Assembly: GCA_046539325.1 (NCBI GenBank)
Contig: JBKHHD010000006.1
Coordinates: 3,898-67,897 of the forward strand
Direction of reading: 5' to 3'
Length of the DNA: 64,000 nucleotides
DNA from: Candidatus Aenigmatarchaeota archaeon
GTDB lineage: Archaea; Aenigmatarchaeota; Aenigmatarchaeia; PWEA01
A program made the position numbers and the translations under genes. The stretch's first letter is position 1. Every line of letters starts with the position of its first letter. Below are positions 24,834 through 32,339 of this stretch, piece by piece. Below the pieces are notes generated by a model. It had not been told where the DNA came from and did no database searches. It saw only the letters and a list, made by a program, of their open reading frames with translations.

Positions 24834-26360
24834 TTAGAATTCCTCGCCTGCTTCATCAAAGTTTAAGGTCCCATCCACGAGACTTCGGAGTATTCTTGGT
24901 ATATCATCAATGGAAACTCTTATCTGATCAGTGCTATCCCTGTCTCTTATGGTAACAGTATCGTCCTCCATCGTATCGTAGTCCACCGTTACGCAGTACG
25001 GAACTCCTATTTCATCCGCGCGGGCGTATCTCTTTCCAATGGAGCCACGTTCCTCGTACTCCACGTTCATTCTGTCCTTCAGATCGGCATGAATTTCTTT
25101 GGCCTTCTCGTCAAGACCGTCTTTAGCCATCAAAGGAAATATCCTGCATTTCACTGGAGCTAGTCTTGGATCCAGCTTAAGTAGCTTTCTATCTTCTTCA
25201 ACTGTATAGGCATCCATTATAAAGACCATTAGACTTCTCTCTATCCCCTGTGACGGTTCCGAAGCCACATGTGGAAGAACATGCTCTTCTTTATCCTGAT
25301 CGTAAATACCAAGGTTTTTACCTGAATGTTCTTGGTGGTGACGAAGATCGTAGTCACCACGATCCGCGTTTCCGTAAACTTCATCCCAACCAAATGGAAA
25401 TCTATATTCTATATCGAAGCACGAACTGGCGTAGTGGGCCAGCTCTTCATCTGGATGTTCCCTTAGACGAAGATCCTCTGGATCCACGCCCAACTCAACA
25501 AACCAGTTGAAATGTTGATATAACCAGTATGCAAGCCACTCCGTTTCCATATAATTACCTTGAATTAGCTCTCCTATAGTCATTCTTTCATGTTTTTCAT
25601 CCTCCTCCTGATGCTCGGCCGTCAATACTTGAAGTTCGTAATTCCTTATAGTGTCGTCTAGAAAGGGACAGTTTTCCTTATTATCAGGATGAACAAAATA
25701 TTCTATCTCGAGTTGTTCAAATTCCCTGTTTCTGAATACGAAGTTTCGTGGAGAAATCTCATTCCTAAAGGCTTTGCCAGTTTGTGCTATCCCGAAAGGT
25801 AGTTTTTGCCTTGTACTCTCTCTTACATTTTTGAAGTTGGTAAAAATTAGCTGCGCGGTCTCGGGCCTTAGATAGGCTTTGTTTTCCTCAGATTCCACAG
25901 GACCAAGGTTCGTCTCAAACATCAGGTTAAACTCCTTGACCTCGGCAAGCTCGCCTCCGCACCTAGAACATCTTATATTCTCCTCCTCTATTATTTTATT
26001 CAGTTCTTCAGGTTCCTCACCCTCGACCTTCTTCCCTGTTTCTTCCTCTATGAGCCTGTCCGCCCTGACTCTCCTCTTGCATTTCTTGCAGTCGACAAGA
26101 GGGTCTGAAAAAGAATCAACATGTCCCGAAGCCTTCCAGACCTCGTTGCTTGATATTATGGAGCCGTCTATTCCTACGATGTCGTCTCTTCTCTCCACGA
26201 ACTCCTCCCACCAGAGGTCTGTCATGTTTTTCTTTATCTGCGTCCCCACAGGGCCGTAGTCCCAGAATCCAGAAAGTCCGCCGTATATCTCGGAGTTGGG
26301 GAAGATTATTCCTGTCTTCTTACAAAAGGACTTTATATCATCCAGATCCATCTTTCTCAC
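24834..26360 (-). CDS. glyS: glycyl-tRNA synthetase (archaeal/eukaryal dimeric type)
   Basis: GLSGFWDYGPVG, YLRPETAQ, FRNEISPR class II motifs; C-terminal anticodon-binding domain. Confidence 0.92.
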   Translation of the reverse strand: MRKMDLDDIKSFCKKTGIIFPNSEIYGGLSGFWDYGPVGTQIKKNMTDLWWEEFVERRDDIVGIDGSIISSNEVWKASGHVDSFSDPLVDCKKCKRRVRADRLIEEETGKKVEGEEPEELNKIIEEENIRCSRCGGELAEVKEFNLMFETNLGPVESEENKAYLRPETAQLIFTNFKNVRESTRQKLPFGIAQTGKAFRNEISPRNFVFRNREFEQLEIEYFVHPDNKENCPFLDDTIRNYELQVLTAEHQEEDEKHERMTIGELIQGNYMETEWLAYWLYQHFNWFVELGVDPEDLRLREHPDEELAHYASSCFDIEYRFPFGWDEVYGNADRGDYDLRHHQEHSGKNLGIYDQDKEEHVLPHVASEPSQGIERSLMVFIMDAYTVEEDRKLLKLDPRLAPVKCRIFPLMAKDGLDEKAKEIHADLKDRMNVEYEERGSIGKRYARADEIGVPYCVTVDYDTMEDDTVTIRDRDSTDQIRVSIDDIPRILRSLVDGTLNFDEAGEEF

Positions 26361-26418
26361 AACTCTTCTTTATTACTTGAGATTTAAATTTAAAAGTAAC
26401 CAAAGGTCTTGTAGCTTC

Positions 26419-27057
26419 ATGAAAGTAGACATGCATGTCCACACAAGGTTCTCGAAGGACTCAAGAATGGATCCAGAGGAGCTGGTCGAGGAGGCGGAGA
26501 AAAAGGGTCTGGACGGAATAGTCGTAACGGATCACGACACAATGGAAGGCTTTAGAGGAGCTGAGAAGCTGGATAGTGACGTAACTGTAGTCCCCGGCGA
26601 AGAGATAACTACGGACAAGGGCGAGCTCCTGGGTCTTTTTCTGGATAAAGAAATAGAGAATTCGGATCCTGAAAAGGTTGTCAAAGAGGTAAAAGAACAG
26701 GATGGCATAGTAGTAGTTCCTCATCCCTTTGATCCAATCCGTTCCTTTGATGGCTGGAAGGAGCTTGAAGGGATAGATGGATTAGAGGTATTCAACAGTC
26801 GAAACCTGACCTCAGGAATGAACAAAAAGGCAAAGGAGTATGCGGAGAAAAAATCTCTGATAAAGACAGCAGGGAGCGACGCACACAGTCCTTGGGAAGT
26901 AGGCAAGGCTTATGTAGAGGCTGAGGCGAAAAGCATTGAGGAGTTTAAAGAAGAGTTAATTGATAGTGGAGTTAAAGTAAATGGAACCAAAGGAAGTATA
27001 CTGTCCTATATACACGGAAACCTGGAAAAGATAAAACATGGCTTGAGAAGGAGATAG
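26419..27057 (+). CDS. PHP-domain metal-dependent phosphoesterase
   Basis: MKVDMHVHTRFSKDS, VVTDHDT, VVPHP, GSDAHS motifs; start moved from 26296 to ATG 26419. Confidence 0.8.
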   Translation: MKVDMHVHTRFSKDSRMDPEELVEEAEKKGLDGIVVTDHDTMEGFRGAEKLDSDVTVVPGEEITTDKGELLGLFLDKEIENSDPEKVVKEVKEQDGIVVVPHPFDPIRSFDGWKELEGIDGLEVFNSRNLTSGMNKKAKEYAEKKSLIKTAGSDAHSPWEVGKAYVEAEAKSIEEFKEELIDSGVKVNGTKGSILSYIHGNLEKIKHGLRRR

Positions 27058-27059
27058 CT

Positions 27060-28097
27060 ATGGCTGAAAAATCAAACAAAGGTCTAATTAAGTTCCTGGG
27101 TCTCCTTGCAGTAGGGTTAGTAATATTCATATCAGTTTTCAGATTAGTTGGTTTCGGAAAAATAACTTCAGCAATAGGCCAACTGTATCTCCCATACTAC
27201 CTCATAGTAATTGGTATAATAGTTTTCAACATTTTCCTGTGGTCCTATAGATGGGGGCTTTTCATAAGGATGGAACATCCAGAAATTTCCTCCTTCGATA
27301 TATTCAAAACCACTTTAGTCGGAGTAGCTATCAACAATCTCACTCCGGTCCTGAAGATGGGAGGAGAGGCCGCAAGAGTCTACCTCTTAAAGATAAGACA
27401 CGGGATGAGGGGAAGGGAAGGTCTCGCAACCACGACCTCAGATCTCACAATGGAATTCATAGTCGACTTTATGCTTGTCATTGTTTCTGTGATCTTTCTA
27501 ATGATATTTCTAAGCCCGCCGATTTGGCTCTACGGAATCTTACTTGGATTCCTGATTGTTTCCTCCCTCATAGTTTTCAGTATTTTCGGTATATACACCG
27601 GCCAAAGAATAATCTCAAGTATTATAGCATGGTTCTGCCGAAGGACCGATAGACTGGACTCTGAAATTACCCTTGCAAAGTACGAGACCTTCCAGGAAAC
27701 CTTCAGGGAAACGATGAACAACAAAAGGGTCTTCACAGGCGCAATGTCACTGACCGTGATGAGGAAGGTACTGTTGGTAACGAAGTACTATGTTCTCTTT
27801 GCAGCTCTCGGACACACCATGAGCCCTATAAGCATAATCATAGCTATAGGCGTCGGATACATGCTTATGATTATACCTTCGACGCCCGGAAGCCTTGGTG
27901 TCTTTGAAGGTGGCATGGTTTCAATTTTTGTAATGCTTGGTGTACCTGCAGGAGCGGCTGCAGCTGCGGTCTTCCTTGATAGGCTCATATGGTTCTGGGG
28001 TACGACCAGTGCAGGAGGACTCCTTGGAACATACTACGGCCTAAGCCTTATTGGAAGCAAGGTAATAGAATCGTACAAAAATGCAGAAGTACAATGA
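27060..28097 (+). CDS. UPF0104/flippase-like (LPG-synthase TM region family) membrane protein
   Basis: ~8 TM helices and the LTPVLKMGGEAARVYLL signature. Confidence 0.65.
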   Translation: MAEKSNKGLIKFLGLLAVGLVIFISVFRLVGFGKITSAIGQLYLPYYLIVIGIIVFNIFLWSYRWGLFIRMEHPEISSFDIFKTTLVGVAINNLTPVLKMGGEAARVYLLKIRHGMRGREGLATTTSDLTMEFIVDFMLVIVSVIFLMIFLSPPIWLYGILLGFLIVSSLIVFSIFGIYTGQRIISSIIAWFCRRTDRLDSEITLAKYETFQETFRETMNNKRVFTGAMSLTVMRKVLLVTKYYVLFAALGHTMSPISIIIAIGVGYMLMIIPSTPGSLGVFEGGMVSIFVMLGVPAGAAAAAVFLDRLIWFWGTTSAGGLLGTYYGLSLIGSKVIESYKNAEVQ

Positions 28098-28138
28098 GGT
28101 AAAGGTATTTAATTCACAAATGTTCAAGTTTAGGTACT

Positions 28139-29380
28139 ATGTACAGGCTGACTGAGGAAGGAGAGAAATACCTCGAAGAAGGGCTTCCTGAAAAGAGGCT
28201 CATGCAGTCTCTGGACGGAACAAAAGAGATAAGCGAAGTGAAGGAAAGGATCGAAGGGTCTTCATTAGCTATAAACTGGGCACTCAAGAACGGTTGGATA
28301 GAGATAAAGGAAGGTACTATCCATGTGAAGAAGAGGCCCAAGGAGATCAGGCTTCAGAAGGCCTTGGAAAAGGTCAAGCAAGGGGAAGGGCTTGACGAAA
28401 ACACAAAGGAGAAGTTAATAGACAGAAGCCTTATAGAAGAAGTCAGGGAAGATATAGTAAAGCAGGCCAAGGAGCAGCTCGAAAAAGGCTCGACATCCAA
28501 TCTCACGCCCGAACTCATAAAAACAGGTCTCTGGAGAGAGGCTGATTTCAAGGAATACGACCCCACGAAAACCGGAAAGAGGAAGTACCCCGGGAGAAAA
28601 CATATTCTCTCCTACTACATACAGGATATAAGGAGGGTTTTCTTTGACATGGGCTTCGAGGAGATGAAAGGACCCTATGTAGAGTCCAGTTTCTGGAACA
28701 TGGACGCACTGTTCATACCGCAGGACCATCCTGCACGGGATATGCAGGACACCTTCTATATGAAGAAACCCGAGGAGACAAAGCTCCCTGATAAAGAGCT
28801 GATTGGATCCGTTAAAAAGATGCATGAACAGGGGAACAGTAGATCGGAAGGCTGGAACTACAGCTGGAAGGAAGAAATGGCTAAAAGACCTGTTCTGAGG
28901 ACACATACAACTGCTGTCAGCGCACGGAAGCTAGCTGAAATAGAGCCACCTGCAAAGCTTTTCTCAGTGGACAAGGTATTTAGAAACGAAACTCTGGACT
29001 ATTCGCATCTTCCTGAGTTCATGCAGGTCGAAGGTATAGTTGCCAGCGGAGAAGTAAACTTCCAGAACCTTCTAGGATACCTTGAGGAGTTCTACAAAAA
29101 GCTTGGTTTCAAAAAGATAAGGTTCAGACCTGGCTACTTCCCCTACACAGAGATGTCCGTGGAGCCGGAGGTGTACTTTGAGGAAAAGGATGAATGGTTA
29201 GAGATGGGCGGCGCGGGAATATTCAGAGAGGAAGTTACTGAACCGTTGGGAATCGAAGTTCCTGTACTCGCCTGGGGCCTCGGGCTCGAAAGGCTTCCAA
29301 TGATAAGGGAAGGTATAGATGATATAAGGAACTTCTACTATGAAAACAACCTTAAGATGTTGAAGGGGGCCAAGATATAA
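28139..29380 (+). CDS. pheS: phenylalanyl-tRNA synthetase alpha subunit
   Basis: FWNMDALFIPQDHPARDMQDTFY, RTHTT, FRPGYFPYTEMS, GAGIFR motifs. Confidence 0.92.
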   Translation: MYRLTEEGEKYLEEGLPEKRLMQSLDGTKEISEVKERIEGSSLAINWALKNGWIEIKEGTIHVKKRPKEIRLQKALEKVKQGEGLDENTKEKLIDRSLIEEVREDIVKQAKEQLEKGSTSNLTPELIKTGLWREADFKEYDPTKTGKRKYPGRKHILSYYIQDIRRVFFDMGFEEMKGPYVESSFWNMDALFIPQDHPARDMQDTFYMKKPEETKLPDKELIGSVKKMHEQGNSRSEGWNYSWKEEMAKRPVLRTHTTAVSARKLAEIEPPAKLFSVDKVFRNETLDYSHLPEFMQVEGIVASGEVNFQNLLGYLEEFYKKLGFKKIRFRPGYFPYTEMSVEPEVYFEEKDEWLEMGGAGIFREEVTEPLGIEVPVLAWGLGLERLPMIREGIDDIRNFYYENNLKMLKGAKI

Positions 29381-31005
29381 TGGCTGTCGTTAGCTTTGAT
29401 ATGAAAGAACTTGAAGAGCTTGTAGGGAAAAAACTGAACAAGGACGTGCTTGAGAACAAAGTCCCTATGATGGGATGTGAATTTGAAGGTGTGGAAAACA
29501 GGAAGGTAAACTACGAAGTCTTCCCCGACAGGCCTGACCTTCTTTCAGTGGAAGGATTTGCAAGAGCACTCCGCTACTTTCTTGGTGTTGAAGAAGGCCT
29601 TGAAAACTACGAAGTAGGGAAAAGTGGCATTGAACTGAAAGTAGAAGACAGTGTGGATCCTGTACGTCCCTGTATATCCGCTGGTGTGGTAAGAAACGTT
29701 CAGCTGGACGAGTCCGTTCTCAAATCAATCATGCAGGTCCAGGAAAAGATACACAAAACCTTCGGGAGAGGAAGGAAGAAAATAGCCATAGGTATCCATG
29801 ACCTTGACAAGGTGGAAGAACCTTTTACTTACAAGGGCGTTGATCCTGAAAGCATCGAGTTCGTTCCTCTTCAGAGCGACAAAAGGATGGATCTGAGGGA
29901 GATAGGTGAAAAGCACCCCAAAGGCAAGTACGTTGACATTCTTGAAGGAAACGAAAAATGGCCCGTTATAGTGGACAAAAACGAAGAGGTCTTAAGCTTC
30001 CCTCCTGTAATCAACGGACAGCTAACGGAGCTTTCCGAGGAAACTGAAAATATATTCATAGACGTGACAGGAACTGATGGAAAGGCTGTGGAGGAAGCTC
30101 TGAACATAATAGTAACCTCCCTGGCCGATAGGGGAGGTGGCATAGAAACTGTAACAGTAAATGGAGGTCAAAGACCGGATCTGGACCCGAAGGAAATGGA
30201 GGTAGATTTAGGCTACGTTAACAAGCTACTTGGCCTTAATTTAAAGGAAGGTGAATTTGAGGATCTTATCGGAGGGATGGGTTTCGGATACTCGGAAGGA
30301 AAGGTTCTTGTCCCACCCTACAGAGTGGATGTGATGCATCCTATGGATGTAGTCGAAGATGTGGCAATAAGCCACGGGTACGAGAACCTTAAGCCTGAAA
30401 TACCGGATGTTCCTGGAACAGGAAGGTCCCAGAGAATAGAAGATCTCACAGAGAAGGTCAAGGAAGTTATGCTTGGCTTTGGATTCCAAGAGGTTAAAAC
30501 TACTGTTTTGACGAACAAGGAAAGGCAGTTTGAGAAGATGGAAAGGAACTTAGAGGAAGCAGTGGAGATGAAGAACTCGTTTTCAGAAAACTACAACATC
30601 TGCAGAAAATATCTAACTCCTGAGCTGCTGGAAGTTTTAAGACAAAATCAGCACAGGTCTTATCCACAGAAGATATTTGAGATAGGCGACGTTCTGCTCC
30701 TCGATGACGAAGAGGAAACAAAAACAAGAAATAAGAGGAAAGCCTCTGGCCTGATATGTAACGATGAAGTAAACTACGTAGACCTCGCCTCGGTTGTCTC
30801 ATCAATACTACAGCTACTTGACAGGAAAGTAAAATTTGAAGAATACGACTCCGGATCCTATCTGAAAAACAGAGCAAGTAGGATTGTTGTAGACGGTGAG
30901 AAGATCGGGGAAGTTGGAGAGGTTCATCCAGAGGTTCTTGAAAACTGCAGAATAGAAAAGCCTGTGGTTGCTTTCGAGTTAGGCTTGGAAAGTCTTGGAA
31001 AATGA
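29380..31005 (+). CDS. pheT: phenylalanyl-tRNA synthetase beta subunit (archaeal type)
   Basis: Start overlaps the pheS stop (TAATG); B3/4 and B5 domain pattern, 541 aa. Confidence 0.88.
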   Translation: MAVVSFDMKELEELVGKKLNKDVLENKVPMMGCEFEGVENRKVNYEVFPDRPDLLSVEGFARALRYFLGVEEGLENYEVGKSGIELKVEDSVDPVRPCISAGVVRNVQLDESVLKSIMQVQEKIHKTFGRGRKKIAIGIHDLDKVEEPFTYKGVDPESIEFVPLQSDKRMDLREIGEKHPKGKYVDILEGNEKWPVIVDKNEEVLSFPPVINGQLTELSEETENIFIDVTGTDGKAVEEALNIIVTSLADRGGGIETVTVNGGQRPDLDPKEMEVDLGYVNKLLGLNLKEGEFEDLIGGMGFGYSEGKVLVPPYRVDVMHPMDVVEDVAISHGYENLKPEIPDVPGTGRSQRIEDLTEKVKEVMLGFGFQEVKTTVLTNKERQFEKMERNLEEAVEMKNSFSENYNICRKYLTPELLEVLRQNQHRSYPQKIFEIGDVLLLDDEEETKTRNKRKASGLICNDEVNYVDLASVVSSILQLLDRKVKFEEYDSGSYLKNRASRIVVDGEKIGEVGEVHPEVLENCRIEKPVVAFELGLESLGK

Positions 31006-31015
31006 AGACCTGTCC

Positions 31016-31798
31016 TTACTTCTTGAAGAAGCTTGATATCCTTGAAAGAAGCCCTCTTCTTCCATAGTCAAGGTCTAGCTCCTCGGCAACAACCTGAGAA
31101 GCTATTTCTTTGAAAGCCTTGCTAGCTGGTGAATGTGGATCGTGATGTACAACAGGCTTCTTCATAGCGACTGCTTCAGGAACCTTTTCATCGTATGGCA
31201 CTTTACCTAGAACAGGCAGGCCGTCTAGCATATCACTGACCTCTCTTTCGTTGAGCTCCTGTTTGGAGCCTGTGTGAGAGTTTATTACAGCACCAATAAC
31301 ATCGACGCCAAAGTCCTCGGCAAGGTTCTTCGTTTTGAGGGCATCGGTAAGCGAAGGTAGGTTTGGATGTGTTACAAGGAGAAGTTCGTCTGAAGCCTCG
31401 AGGGTGGATACTGTCTCCTGACCGAGGCCGGCCGCAGTATCAAGTAAAACCATATCCGTTTCGCCCATTAGCTCTTCTATGGCGAGAGGCAGATGTCTTG
31501 AATCAGTGCCTTCCATATCATCAATACCTATGCCTGAAGGAACAACCTTTATTCCAGAAGGATGGACGTACATCGCCTCGGGCATCATAGCATCTTCCTT
31601 GAGAACGTCGTGTAACGTGACCGGGTACAGAGGGATTCCGAGATGCATCGATAGATTAGGTGTGGTAAGGTTTCCGTCTACCAGTGTTACATTTTTGTCT
31701 GCTTCAGTGAGAATAGCACCGAGGTTTGAGACGAGAGTTGTCTTTCCTACGCCACCTTTACCTGAAGCCACAGATAGAACTCTGGTCATTGTTCCCAC
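31016..31798 (-). CDS. minD: MinD/ParA-family P-loop ATPase
   Basis: Deviant Walker A SGKGGVGKTT, LLDTAAG Walker B context. Confidence 0.85.
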   Translation of the reverse strand: MGTMTRVLSVASGKGGVGKTTLVSNLGAILTEADKNVTLVDGNLTTPNLSMHLGIPLYPVTLHDVLKEDAMMPEAMYVHPSGIKVVPSGIGIDDMEGTDSRHLPLAIEELMGETDMVLLDTAAGLGQETVSTLEASDELLLVTHPNLPSLTDALKTKNLAEDFGVDVIGAVINSHTGSKQELNEREVSDMLDGLPVLGKVPYDEKVPEAVAMKKPVVHHDPHSPASKAFKEIASQVVAEELDLDYGRRGLLSRISSFFKK

Positions 31799-31842
31799 AC
31801 ATCTTTAATTTGAAGGCCTACAAATTTAAAGCTTTCCGTCGT

Positions 31843-31861
31843 AACAGACGCGGTGGGATTT
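31843..31861. repeat. direct repeat of the 3' end of tRNA-Arg (18/19 match to 32007..32025)
   Basis: AACAGACGCGGTGGGATTT versus AACGGACGCGGTGGGATTT; 15 nt are contiguous and identical. Confidence 0.8.
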
Positions 31862-32008
31862 TAGAAGAAACCTTTCAAAATCTTGGAACCAAGTTCCAAG
31901 TGTTGGAAAGCTCTGCTTTCCAAAGGGTTTCATCCAAAGTTAGGATCTGAACGGAGTGAAGATGGAACCTGGATGAACTTTAAGTGGCAGGGTATCCTCT
32001 TAAAGCAA

Positions 32009-32083
32009 CGGACGCGGTGGGATTTGAACCCACGACCCCTGGCTTAGAAGGCCAGTGCTCTGTCCAGGCTGAGCTACGCGCCC
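32009..32083 (-). tRNA. tRNA-Arg(UCU) with a G3:U70 pair
   Basis: GGGCGCG-TA-GCTC-AGCCTGGACA-GAGC-A-CTGGC-CTTCTAA-GCCAG-GGGTC-GTGGG-TTCAAAT-CCCAC-CGCGTCC-G. Confidence 0.9.
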
Positions 32084-32339
32084 ATGGATCTAAAATTAAA
32101 CAGTCCGCCTTATATCTTTTGCCCGTCCGTGTATTAACGGTAAAGTTTTATAAAGGCGTCCTACAATACATAAGGACGATAACATGGAAAAGGACAGAAG
32201 GTTCGGCAAGGAAGAAGCAATCTGCCTCTCCACCGGACTAGGACTTCTCCTGCTGGTTCTGCTGGTTTAAGAACTGTGCTAAAGCGCCGCTCTAAATTCT
32301 TTTTAATTTTAAGTTACAACTGTAAAGAGTCATGGTACC

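Noticed and set aside
31984-32241. Track ORF 31984..32241(+) and a 29-codon hydrophobic mini-ORF at about 32184.
   Set aside because: The first is the translation of tRNA-Arg antisense (GFEPTTPG). The second is too short and has no SD or other support.
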